Positions 51,033 to 60,101 of a DNA stretch of 64,000 nucleotides are shown here, one piece after another. The stretch comes from a candidate division WOR-3 bacterium. Its GTDB lineage: Bacteria > Hydrothermota > Tepidihabitantia > B3-TA06. The position numbers and the translations under genes were made by a program. Numbering within the stretch: the first letter of the stretch is position 1; every line of letters starts with the position of its first letter. The notes beneath the pieces are model-generated. The model did no database searches. It had not been told where the DNA came from and saw only the letters and a list, made by a program, of their open reading frames with translations. The stretch is taken from NCBI GenBank assembly GCA_016934635.1, contig JAFGSK010000029.1:895-64894 (forward strand). Reading direction: 5' to 3'.

Positions 51033-54000
51033 ATGCCAAAGGATACGAGGAAATGTCCTAATTGCGGATTTCGCAATCCGGAAGGCTTCAGCTTCTGCGG
51101 GAAATGCGGTTCAGCCCTCGTAGGGGTGGATGAAAAGAAAACCAAGACCGCTATAGATTCAGCACCCACCCGACTCAAAGAAAAGATGAAAGCCGAATCC
51201 CGGAAGATAAAAGGCGAGCGAAGAAGGGTGGTAGTGATGTTTGCCGATATCTCGGGCTACACCGAACTTTCCCGTCAACGTGATCCTGAAGAACTCAAGG
51301 ATTTAGTGGACGGAGCGCTGCTTAAACTTTCCGATATGGTTTACAAATATGAGGGCTATATAGACAAGATAATGGGCGATTGCCTCATGGTTCTCTTCGG
51401 CGCACCCATCGCGCACGAAGACGACTCGGAGCGGGCGGTGCTTACGGCCTTTGATCTTCTGGAGGTAATCAAGGATTACTGGGACGAGAAGTCTGCCCGC
51501 CTTAATCTGTCCATAGGTATTGCTCGTGGTTTGTGCTATGCCGGAGAGTACGGCAGACCCGGGGACTACACCGTAATCGGAGATGACGTCAATCTTGCCG
51601 AAAGGATCGAGAAAATTGCCCCACCCGGCAAGGTATATGTATCCAAGGATGTATACGAGCTGACCCACAATCGCATCAACTATGTCAAGGTCGGTACCAA
51701 GGTGCTTAGGGGCTTAGGGGAGCGAGAGGTTTATGAAGCCTTGAGTCAGCGGTACCTGGAAAAGGAACGCAGGCCATTCGTAGGCAGGAGTAGGGAGTTG
51801 GGTCGGCTGCAGGCCTTATATGAAAAGGCAAAAGAAGGTCAAGGTTGTTACAGTTTCATAACCGGTGAGCGGGGCATCGGTAAGTCACGGACATATGAGA
51901 GGTTCAAGGCAGATCACCTGGATCAAGACCACATCTTCTTCGGCCAAACCAGGGGTATCGAGTATCTCAGAGGAGAATTCTACTACGTACTGCGAGGAGC
52001 GCTCAGGTCTTTTATAGGTTTAGAAGAAGGACTTTCAGGTAAGGAAAGTGAAGAAAGGCTGATCGCTTTCTATAAAGACAGATCGGAACTTGATTACTCG
52101 TTACCGTTCGTGAAATACCTTCTCTCACTTCCCTTAGAGGAGAAGGAAAGGTTAGCGATTGAAGGGATTAAACCGGAGGAACGAGAAAAGAACATCGAAG
52201 GCATCATCTCTTCCTTCCTTTTAAAACTTGCCGATGAAAAACCTGTGGTTATTGTGGTGGAGGATGCCCAGAGACTGGATACCGGATCGCAAAATTTCTT
52301 TATTTCCCTACAGAGACTGTTGAAAGGGAAACGGGTCTTAATTATTATGCTGTGCTGGGAAGTTCTTCAGGGGTTTTACAAGAAATCAGTCAACATAAAG
52401 ATGAAGCCTCTGTCCAAGATTGATACACGTGACCTGATAAAGCTCCACTTCGAGAACAAACCCATATCCTCCCGCTTGCTTGCCACAGTAATAAAGATGA
52501 CCAAGGGACATCCGCTTTACATTGAGGAAATCATCGAGATTCTTAAGCAGGAGAACCTTGTAAAAGCAGGTCGCAGCGTTGACTTGATTGCGGAAAAGAT
52601 ACAGGTGCCGGACAAGGTTTACAATATTGTTCTTGCTCGAATAGACAGTGCGGACAAAAGAGCCAAGGACACCCTGAAAACGGCATCGGTAGCCGGTTTT
52701 GAGTTCTCCGACAGCCTGGTCAGCCGGATTATGGGTGAGGAAGGATTAACCGCAGAGATCGGGGTACTCGAGGGTAAGGATTTTATACGGTATCTCTTTG
52801 ACGCAAACTACAGTTTTGGTCAAGCCAGGATCTATGCTTTCAAAAACGAGATTGTTCGCGATGTAGCCTACGAGTTGATGCTAAAGGAGGAACGCAGGAA
52901 TCTTCACAAGGCTACTGCTCAGGTCATTGAAAAAATGTTTGTCGAGAATCTCGATGATTACAGCGATGTAATAGCCTATCATTATCTAGAGGCGGGTGAC
53001 GAAAGGGCTGCACCTTACCTTCTGAGATCAGCCGACAGGAAGTTCAGCGGATTCAAGCTGGATGATGCCTTAAGAGACTACCAGCGTTATCTTGAGTTTA
53101 AAAAAGACCCGGAAATTTACTTCAAGCTCGGTGAGATATATCGATTTAAGGCAGATTACAAAAATGCTTACCTGTCTTACGATAAGGCGGAGGAAATCTC
53201 ACCTTCCGATGAATTCCGAGGGAAGGTCAAGACAGCCAGGGGATACGCTTTAGGCTATTCCGGGTCCTACGATGATGCGTTGACTCAATTACTTGCTGCA
53301 CAGAAACTATTAAGTGAAGACAAAACGGAGGTCGCCCGTAACTATCACGCTCTCGGCAAGCTGTATCGCCAGAAGGGTGAGCACGAGAACTCTCTTGAGG
53401 CTTTCAACAAGGCTCTGAAGATAACTTTAGAGGAGTTCGGCGAGAATCATATTATGGTAGCCGCCGCCTACGACGGAATAGGACTTTATTATTCAGATAC
53501 CGGTAATTACGATTCTGCGCTGGAATATCACATCAAAGGACGCGAGGTCTACGCATCCTTGTTCGGAGAGAAACATCCGTCAGTGGCGGCATCGGACATC
53601 AGCATAGGTATGACATACGGCAGGAAAGGCGACGTTGACAGCGCACTTCCTCATTTCGAGAAGGCTCTGGGGATATATCTTTCGATGTTCGGCACCGAGC
53701 AGCCTGAGGTAGCGACCTGTTACAACAACATCGGCCTGGTTCACATTCATAGGCAAGAGTTCGCGAAAGCCCTCAGGTATCTCAAGAAAGCCTTGTCCAT
53801 AGAAATCGCCGTGTTCGGAGAAACCCATCACGACATTGCACGTTCATATTTAAACATAGGTTCGACACTTACAAGTATCGGAAATTACCAGCAAGCCCTG
53901 GAGAATCTTAAGCAGGCTGAACAGATATTCCTGTCTATCTTCGGAGAGAAACATCACGCTGTTGCGGTAACCTTCAACAGCCTTGCACGTGTTAACATAT

Positions 54001-54815
54001 TCCTCGGAGATCTCGATAAAGGTCTTGAATATCATTCACGGTCTCGTAAAATATGGACATCCCTGTTTGGAGAATCTCATCCACACATCGCATCGAACTA
54101 TAGCGCCACCGGTTTGGTCTATTTGGAACTCGGAAATTACAAAAAGGCCCTTGAGTTATTTATGAAATCATTCGAGATAAGGAAAAAAGTATTCGGCGCC
54201 AATCACCCTGCCACGATTGAAGTAGGTTCGGATATTGCAATCCTCAAATTCCGGCTGGGAGAATACTCAGAGTCTCGTGATTGGTTTGAAAAGATACTTA
54301 ATGCAGAAGGAAGTTCCCCGAACGATAGCTTCTTTGCAGGATTAATACTGACAGACATTCACGGAAGAATGGGGGAGAAAGAGGAGGCAGCCTCGTGCTG
54401 CAAAAAGGTCATCGAATCAATCGCTACCCTTAACGTCCCGAAACTCGCCGCATCTACGGTAAGACGTCTGGTCCGTCTCCTCCTATCGAGTGGAAAGGTT
54501 AACCTTGCCCAGAGGCTTCTGGATGAATTCGAATCATGCAACTTTGAAACAGGAAGAAAGGACAAGACCGCAGATATCCTGGTGGCAAGGTCGATTCTCG
54601 AACAGGCTAAGGGTAACTCACGGGAAGCGGCCGAGTTTGCAGATCAGGCTGCAGAGATCTTCCAAGGGCTGGGGTTCAAACCGTCACTTATAGACGCACT
54701 CGTAGCCAAAGCCAGGGCGCTAAAGGATAAAAAATCCATCGATAAAGCCCTGGCAATTGCCTGCGAAATAGGGGATAAATCCAGGGAGGAGGAGGTACAG
54801 TCTTTTTCTGTTTAG
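51033..54815 (+). CDS. Zinc-ribbon / class III nucleotidyl cyclase / STAND P-loop ATPase / TPR signalling protein
   Basis: CPNCGFRNPEGFSFCGKCG; cyclase motifs VVVMFADISGYTEL, KIMGDCLMVLFGAP, VIGDDVNLAERIE; Walker A ITGERGIGKSR; Walker B VVIVVEDAQRLD. The C-terminal ~600 aa are TPR repeats. Confidence 0.85.
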   Translation: MPKDTRKCPNCGFRNPEGFSFCGKCGSALVGVDEKKTKTAIDSAPTRLKEKMKAESRKIKGERRRVVVMFADISGYTELSRQRDPEELKDLVDGALLKLSDMVYKYEGYIDKIMGDCLMVLFGAPIAHEDDSERAVLTAFDLLEVIKDYWDEKSARLNLSIGIARGLCYAGEYGRPGDYTVIGDDVNLAERIEKIAPPGKVYVSKDVYELTHNRINYVKVGTKVLRGLGEREVYEALSQRYLEKERRPFVGRSRELGRLQALYEKAKEGQGCYSFITGERGIGKSRTYERFKADHLDQDHIFFGQTRGIEYLRGEFYYVLRGALRSFIGLEEGLSGKESEERLIAFYKDRSELDYSLPFVKYLLSLPLEEKERLAIEGIKPEEREKNIEGIISSFLLKLADEKPVVIVVEDAQRLDTGSQNFFISLQRLLKGKRVLIIMLCWEVLQGFYKKSVNIKMKPLSKIDTRDLIKLHFENKPISSRLLATVIKMTKGHPLYIEEIIEILKQENLVKAGRSVDLIAEKIQVPDKVYNIVLARIDSADKRAKDTLKTASVAGFEFSDSLVSRIMGEEGLTAEIGVLEGKDFIRYLFDANYSFGQARIYAFKNEIVRDVAYELMLKEERRNLHKATAQVIEKMFVENLDDYSDVIAYHYLEAGDERAAPYLLRSADRKFSGFKLDDALRDYQRYLEFKKDPEIYFKLGEIYRFKADYKNAYLSYDKAEEISPSDEFRGKVKTARGYALGYSGSYDDALTQLLAAQKLLSEDKTEVARNYHALGKLYRQKGEHENSLEAFNKALKITLEEFGENHIMVAAAYDGIGLYYSDTGNYDSALEYHIKGREVYASLFGEKHPSVAASDISIGMTYGRKGDVDSALPHFEKALGIYLSMFGTEQPEVATCYNNIGLVHIHRQEFAKALRYLKKALSIEIAVFGETHHDIARSYLNIGSTLTSIGNYQQALENLKQAEQIFLSIFGEKHHAVAVTFNSLARVNIFLGDLDKGLEYHSRSRKIWTSLFGESHPHIASNYSATGLVYLELGNYKKALELFMKSFEIRKKVFGANHPATIEVGSDIAILKFRLGEYSESRDWFEKILNAEGSSPNDSFFAGLILTDIHGRMGEKEEAASCCKKVIESIATLNVPKLAASTVRRLVRLLLSSGKVNLAQRLLDEFESCNFETGRKDKTADILVARSILEQAKGNSREAAEFADQAAEIFQGLGFKPSLIDALVAKARALKDKKSIDKALAIACEIGDKSREEEVQSFSV

Positions 54816-55003
54816 CTGAAAATATCTCGGCACTTTGTTTTTAGAGATGAAGGGCGACGCAGGCGTCGCGGCTACAGCTCGATTTCAAACTCAATCTGCG
54901 TCGATCTGTGAACCGAAAGAAAACGATTGCAAAGAGTTCTAATCTGTGGATAGTTTTGATAATGTTTGGATGAGTCGCCCAACGAGTTTCTGCACCACGC
55001 CTT

Positions 55004-56374
55004 CTAACGTTTGCGCTTCTTGCCCTTCTTGCGCTTCTTCTTGCCCCCGTGTGAAAACCGCCTTCCTGCTCCGGGCATACCCTCCGGCATGATTCCTTTT
55101 GCCAGTTTACTCATCTGCTGCATCTGATCCAGCTGCTTGACAAGCTGGTTCACGTCGGCAGGTGTCGTTCCCGATCCTTTTGCAATGCGCAGCTTGCGGC
55201 TGCCGCTCAGGATGTAAGGATTCTGCCTCTCTTCAGGGGTCATCGAAAGGATGATTGCTTCGGTGCGTTTGAACTCAGCAGGGTCGAAGTCCGAAGCGTC
55301 CATGCCGCCCATCATACCTCGAGGCATCTTATCCAGAATCTTCGACAGATCACCCATCTTTGAGAGCTCGCTCATCTGCGCGAGAAGGTCATCGAAGTTG
55401 AGCCTTCCCTCCATCAGCTTCTGGGCCATCTCAGCGGATTGTCGTTCGTCAACCACTTCACGAACCTGTTCGGCAACGGTAGCGATATCCCCTTCACCAA
55501 GTATCCTTGCAGCGATTCTGTCAGGGTGGAAGACCTCGAGGTCCTCAAGCCGCTCACCTGTGCCTATGAAGTAGATGGGAAGTCCTGTAACGTGGCGGAA
55601 GCTTATCGCCGCACCGCCGCGTGAGTCGCCGTCGAGCTTGGTCAGTATCCCGCCCGACACACCTATCCTTGCGTGAAACTCCTCGGTTTGTTTTAATGCG
55701 TCCTGACCGACCAGGCCGTCCAGCACGAGTAGCGAGTAGGCAGGCTCGAGCCGCTCTTTTATCTCTGCCAGCTCGTTGACCGTCTCATCGTCTATGTGCA
55801 GCCTGCCTGCCGAGTCGATTATTACCAGTTCGTGGCTGTGCCCGACGGCGTATTTAAGGGCGGCTTTACATGTATCGCGGTTCTTCGCTTTAGTCGACTG
55901 AGGACCAAAAAAAACGCTATCCGCCCTCTTGGCCACACTCTCGAGCTGTTCAACCGCTGCAGGGCGCTTGATGTCCGCGGCAACAAGTAGCGGCCTTTTC
56001 CCGTGGAACATCCTTGCAAGCTTGCCCGCATGAGTGGTCTTCCCAACCCCCTGAAGCCCGAGAAGGAGGACGACGATTGGCGGTTTCTCGAAAGCTAGCT
56101 TTGCGGCCTTGCCGCCCAGGAAATCCGTCAGCTCGTCGTAGATTACCTTGAGCGCCTGCTTGCCCGGTGCAAGAGAGTTGTAGATTTCGGTAGCGGCCAG
56201 TTTTTCTTCGAGTGTGGTAATTAATGACTTTGCCGCCTTGTAGTTTACGTCGGCTTCGAGCAGGGTCAGCCGGAGTGTGCGCAGGAACTCCTTGACCTCC
56301 TTCTCAGAAAGGCTTCCCCTGCCGACAAGCTCGCGCTTGAGCTTGGCGAACGCATCTTTGAGCAAGTCAAACAT
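55004..56374 (-). CDS. ffh: Signal recognition particle protein Ffh
   Basis: GLQGVGKTT, DTAGRL-like DSAGRLHID, TKLDGDSRGGAA, and a Met-rich M domain with a basic tail. Confidence 0.95.
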   Translation of the reverse strand: MFDLLKDAFAKLKRELVGRGSLSEKEVKEFLRTLRLTLLEADVNYKAAKSLITTLEEKLAATEIYNSLAPGKQALKVIYDELTDFLGGKAAKLAFEKPPIVVLLLGLQGVGKTTHAGKLARMFHGKRPLLVAADIKRPAAVEQLESVAKRADSVFFGPQSTKAKNRDTCKAALKYAVGHSHELVIIDSAGRLHIDDETVNELAEIKERLEPAYSLLVLDGLVGQDALKQTEEFHARIGVSGGILTKLDGDSRGGAAISFRHVTGLPIYFIGTGERLEDLEVFHPDRIAARILGEGDIATVAEQVREVVDERQSAEMAQKLMEGRLNFDDLLAQMSELSKMGDLSKILDKMPRGMMGGMDASDFDPAEFKRTEAIILSMTPEERQNPYILSGSRKLRIAKGSGTTPADVNQLVKQLDQMQQMSKLAKGIMPEGMPGAGRRFSHGGKKKRKKGKKRKR

Positions 56375-56534
56375 CTATATTTCCTTCTTTCTGTGTATTA
56401 AGCTAACACTTAGTACTGCAAACATGCGCCAACTGCTCAAAGTGCTAAAACGTGCGAAGCACGTTAGGCGTCTTCGTATAAGGTCGAACATAAGACTAAT
56501 AGTTTAGTGAAATAAGGGCTTCAGGCAACCCCCC

Positions 56535-56573
56535 AATTTAAAATTTTCAATTTGCAATTTGATATTTGAAATG
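56535..56573 (-). repeat. AT-rich heptad-repeat element directly 3' of the TPR gene stop
   Basis: Minus strand reads CATTTCAAATATCAAATTGCAAATTGAAAATTTTAAATT. It shares CATTTCAAAT(A/T)TCAAA with the 4263 copy. Confidence 0.45.
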
Positions 56574-56581
56574 CCGAAGGG

Positions 56582-57754
56582 TTACTTCCCCTGCTCGGCC
56601 AGCTTTTGTTTGGTGAGAGCAATGTTGTCATTACAACCTTTAATCATTAGTTCGGAACCTATTTTTTCGAATATTGTGCAAGCTCGTAGAAAGTAATCAA
56701 GGGCTTTTTCGAATTCATTCATTTCAAAATAAATGTTTCCCATGTGATAAATCTGATAGGCTATTCCCTCACGATTGTCGATTCTTTCATAAATATTCAA
56801 CGCCTCTACGAGACGTTGAAGAGATTGCTGATGCTCGCCTTTCATACCGGTTACTACTGCTAAGTTGCCTAGCCAGTTGGTATAAATCTCAAGTTCTCCG
56901 GTTTGTTTGGCCTCATCAAGGGCTTTTTCAAGGAATTCAAGCGACCTATCGAGATTCCCTTGATCCTTATATAGTATACCTATATTGCCGAGGGCATTTG
57001 CTTGGATGCTGTGACTCCGAATATTTTCGTTAATCCTCAACGCCTCTTTGAACGAATCCATTGCTTTTTCGAAATCTCCTTTTAAGAAAAAGACATTTCC
57101 CAAATTAATGAATTGTTTCGCTTGTCCGTGGATGTCCCCAATTTTTTGGTCAATTGTTAAGGCATGTGAATGAGCAGCTAGGGCGTTCTCTGCGTCTCCT
57201 AACGTATGGAAGACTAACCCTATGTTTCCCAACCCGACTACTAAAGCTTCATCAAGTCTAATCGCTTCGGCAATGTTGATGATCGTCTGGAATGTATTCT
57301 TTGCTTCTTTGAAGTTCCCCATTTTACATTGGTTGAGTCCGATCAAGTTAAGTATTGCGCATCGTTCGTTGTCGTCGGAAGCAAGGGGCAAGGCTTTCTG
57401 AAACTTAGCGATAGCCTCGGCATGACTGTAGCGGCTCATAGCGTCCAGTGCTTCATTAAGCAGACCGACTTTATCGGGGTCGGTAGTCTGTGGTAGATTA
57501 TCAAGGTAAACGGGAAGATTAGGGCACACTTCTCTTAAAACTTTCCTGAATTTTTTCTCTAAGTCGTGAGTTGTTTTTTCGCCTGTGGCTGCTATTTTCT
57601 CTTCAAGTTCCTTTTTTAGCTTTTGGATTTCTAATTTTAGTTCTTTGACTTCGTTCCTCTTCTTCAGCCAGTCTATGAAAAGTGGAATTCCTATCCCTAA
57701 AGATATGATGGTTGCAAAGGATGCCGTAATCCCCAGAATCTGCCAGAAATTCAT
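56582..57754 (-). CDS. Membrane-anchored coiled-coil / TPR repeat protein
   Basis: N-terminal TM helix, a KELKLEIQKLKKELEE coiled coil, then ~7 TPR units (LGN.G..Y...G....A...). Confidence 0.7.
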   Translation of the reverse strand: MNFWQILGITASFATIISLGIGIPLFIDWLKKRNEVKELKLEIQKLKKELEEKIAATGEKTTHDLEKKFRKVLREVCPNLPVYLDNLPQTTDPDKVGLLNEALDAMSRYSHAEAIAKFQKALPLASDDNERCAILNLIGLNQCKMGNFKEAKNTFQTIINIAEAIRLDEALVVGLGNIGLVFHTLGDAENALAAHSHALTIDQKIGDIHGQAKQFINLGNVFFLKGDFEKAMDSFKEALRINENIRSHSIQANALGNIGILYKDQGNLDRSLEFLEKALDEAKQTGELEIYTNWLGNLAVVTGMKGEHQQSLQRLVEALNIYERIDNREGIAYQIYHMGNIYFEMNEFEKALDYFLRACTIFEKIGSELMIKGCNDNIALTKQKLAEQGK

Positions 57755-57763
57755 AACGGTTAA

Positions 57764-57791
57764 ATCATATCTTTTCAGGTGTTTATGTCAA
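57764..57791 (-). promoter_or_regulatory. Promoter for the TPR membrane protein (near-leaderless)
   Basis: TTGACA-N16-TATGAT on the minus strand. The ATG lies 9 nt after the -10. Confidence 0.6.
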
Positions 57792-57845
57792 TAGTAAGCT
57801 GCCGGGATTTCAGGCTGCAACAAGACGCTTGTTGCACTCCAAAAG

Positions 57846-57882
57846 AATTTTGCATTTTACATTTTGCAGTTTGAATTTTGAC
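57846..57882 (-). repeat. AT-rich heptad-repeat element directly 3' of the rpe stop
   Basis: Minus strand reads GTCAAAATTCAAACTGCAAAATGTAAAATGCAAAATTC, five CAAAATN-like heptads. Confidence 0.45.
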
Positions 57883-58539
57883 TTACTCGCCCTTAACTGC
57901 CCTGACCACCTCAGCGTAATCATCGGATTTAAATAGCGCCGAGCCGACGATAAGGATATCCGCGCCGGCGTCACGTGCGGCTGGGGCGGTCTCAGGATTC
58001 ACCCCACCGTCCACTGCGATGGGAACTGATAGTTTCTGTTTTTCTATCTCACGCTTGAGGTTTTGGATTCTGAACAAGGTTTCGGGAATAAAGCGCTGCC
58101 CCCCGAATCCCGGGTGCACGCTCATCAAAAGCGCCTGTGAAACCCTAGGCAGGACTGAAAAAACGCTCTGAATGTCCGTATCAGGGTTGAGGGTAACTCC
58201 GACTGGTTTACCGAGTTCAAGGAGCTTTGGCAGGGTTTCCTCGTCCGACACCTCGATGTGGTAGAGAATCTCGTCCGCACCTGTTTCGATAAACTTGGGT
58301 GCGTACTTGACAGGTTCGGAGATCATGAGATGTGCGCGCAGGGGAACGTCGGTCAATCTTCTTATATGCTGGGTTACAGGCGGTCCGAAGCTTATATTGG
58401 GCACGAAATGTCCGTCCATCACGTCGAGGTGAAAGGCGTCCACGCCTGCTGCCTCGGCTGCTCGTATCTCCTCACCCAAACGGGTGAAGTCGCAGTTCAG
58501 GATAGATGCTGAAAATTCAACCATTTGCCAACCTTGCAT
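57883..58539 (-). CDS. rpe: Ribulose-phosphate 3-epimerase
   Basis: SILNCDF, HLDVMDGHFVPN, MSVHPGFGGQ and VDGG motifs. Confidence 0.9.
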   Translation of the reverse strand: MQGWQMVEFSASILNCDFTRLGEEIRAAEAAGVDAFHLDVMDGHFVPNISFGPPVTQHIRRLTDVPLRAHLMISEPVKYAPKFIETGADEILYHIEVSDEETLPKLLELGKPVGVTLNPDTDIQSVFSVLPRVSQALLMSVHPGFGGQRFIPETLFRIQNLKREIEKQKLSVPIAVDGGVNPETAPAARDAGADILIVGSALFKSDDYAEVVRAVKGE

Positions 58540-58589
58540 TGTATGCGCCCTCCACTTGGAACTCTTATTACTTCAGGGCACTCAACCTG

Positions 58590-59342
58590 CTACGGCTCCT
58601 GGCCCACATAGACCTTGACGGTGTCGCCTGCGCCCACGAACACACCCGCTTCAGGGCTTTGAAGCACCACGATCCCGCCTTTACCCGGAACTTCCATCTT
58701 GATTATCTCTCCCAAAACCAGGGAGTCGGCTTCCAGTACTTTTTGGGCCTCTGCAAGGGGCAGGTCGATGAGGTTCGGAGCAGGTATATTCTTGTCTATC
58801 GGGCCGGCTGATATGTAAAGGTGGAGTTTGGTTCCGGGTTTCACCCTTATCTCAGGATCAGGCTTCATTGCTACGATGCGACCAGCCGGGATAGTGTCAT
58901 TCTGTACGGTATCCACCGAGGCTATCTCAAACCCTCGTCTTTCTGCGATAGCCGTTGCCTGCTCCCAGGTAAGTCTTATGAGGTAAGGAACCCTGACCGA
59001 TTCCTCGCCTGAGGATACCACAAGTTGTACCAGCCTGCCCTTTTTAGCCATGCTGCCTGACCTTGGTTTCTGTTCAACGACCCTGCCTTCTTCGTACAGG
59101 GTATCCGGGCGCTTCTCGTTGGCTACCGACTCAAACCCCTGCTCATCTAGAAGCACGATTGCATCTTCCAGGAGTAAACCAACGACATTAGGAATCTCCA
59201 CCTCACTACCTTTGCCGGTTATCAGAGGCATTATGATATAATTGGCAACCACGGCTCCCAGAAATCCAATAACTATAAATCCTAATATTATAAGTAGGAT
59301 GCGGAGAAAGGTTCTCATCCCGGATTTTTTTCCTTTAGCCAT
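58590..59342 (-). CDS. Membrane-anchored protein of three PASTA domains (no kinase or PBP domain)
   Basis: N-terminal TM helix, then three ~65-aa units starting IPNVVGL, VPYLIRL, APNLIDL. Confidence 0.7.
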   Translation of the reverse strand: MAKGKKSGMRTFLRILLIILGFIVIGFLGAVVANYIIMPLITGKGSEVEIPNVVGLLLEDAIVLLDEQGFESVANEKRPDTLYEEGRVVEQKPRSGSMAKKGRLVQLVVSSGEESVRVPYLIRLTWEQATAIAERRGFEIASVDTVQNDTIPAGRIVAMKPDPEIRVKPGTKLHLYISAGPIDKNIPAPNLIDLPLAEAQKVLEADSLVLGEIIKMEVPGKGGIVVLQSPEAGVFVGAGDTVKVYVGQEP

Positions 59343-59344
59343 TC

Positions 59345-60082
59345 TCAGCGCAGCACTCCGGCAACAATGAGGTCAATCTCCGAACCCCGCGGTGCCAGGT
59401 CTCCGGAAGCAGGGATTTGTCTCATTACGATTCCCTGGTAGTATTCGGTCGTTACCTGATAGGTTATTTCTCCAACACTGAATCCTGCATCTTCGATGAT
59501 CTGGCGCGCTGCGGAGAGCTTTTTGTTCGTTACGGACGGCGCCTCTACAAGGTCAGGTCCCAGGCTGACGAATAAGGTAACCTTGCTTCCTTTCTCCACG
59601 ACTGAGCCTCTTTCCGGATCGGTACCTATCACAAGATCTTCAGGCAGGCTGTCGTGTTCAGAGACAACATTTGATACGATGAGTCCGGCTGCCTGCAGGG
59701 CTTCTGTAGCTTCTATAAGGTTTTGTCCCAGCAAACCCGGCACCTTAGTGGTTGGTCTTCCGCTGCTTAAAATCACACGGACCATGTCGCCAGGCCTTAG
59801 CTTGCCCTTCGGATTGGGATATTGCTTGACTATCAAACCTTCTTCGAGTTCGCTCGGTTCTTCCCCTATGATTACTATCTCGAACCGGTTACCTTCAACC
59901 AGTTCTTCTGCGGCTTTCTGTGATAGGCCGACAAGGTTAGGCACCTCACGAGGTCTGTTAAGGAGGAATCCCGGAAGGTTAAGCGCCACGGAAACAATAG
60001 CAGAAATAAGTAAAGCCACTCCTGCCGAAGCTCCTACTGCAATCCAAATAACCGAAGAATCGCTGCGTTTCTTCTCATTCAT
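59345..60082 (-). CDS. Membrane-anchored protein of three PASTA domains (no kinase or PBP domain)
   Basis: TM helix, then units starting VPNLVGL, VPGLLGQ, APSVTNK. ATG 60082 has GGAGGGG 6 nt upstream. The track start at 60133 overlaps the upstream gene. Confidence 0.7.
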   Translation of the reverse strand: MNEKKRSDSSVIWIAVGASAGVALLISAIVSVALNLPGFLLNRPREVPNLVGLSQKAAEELVEGNRFEIVIIGEEPSELEEGLIVKQYPNPKGKLRPGDMVRVILSSGRPTTKVPGLLGQNLIEATEALQAAGLIVSNVVSEHDSLPEDLVIGTDPERGSVVEKGSKVTLFVSLGPDLVEAPSVTNKKLSAARQIIEDAGFSVGEITYQVTTEYYQGIVMRQIPASGDLAPRGSEIDLIVAGVLR

Positions 60083-60101
60083 AATTACCCCTCCACTCGG
60101 G

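Noticed and set aside
54850-54875. GCGACG-CAGG-CGTCGC hairpin between the convergent cyclase and ffh genes, as an intrinsic terminator
   Set aside because: The stem is only 6 bp and there is no U-tract on either strand, which is too weak to call. It may still act in termination together with the nearby AT-rich element.
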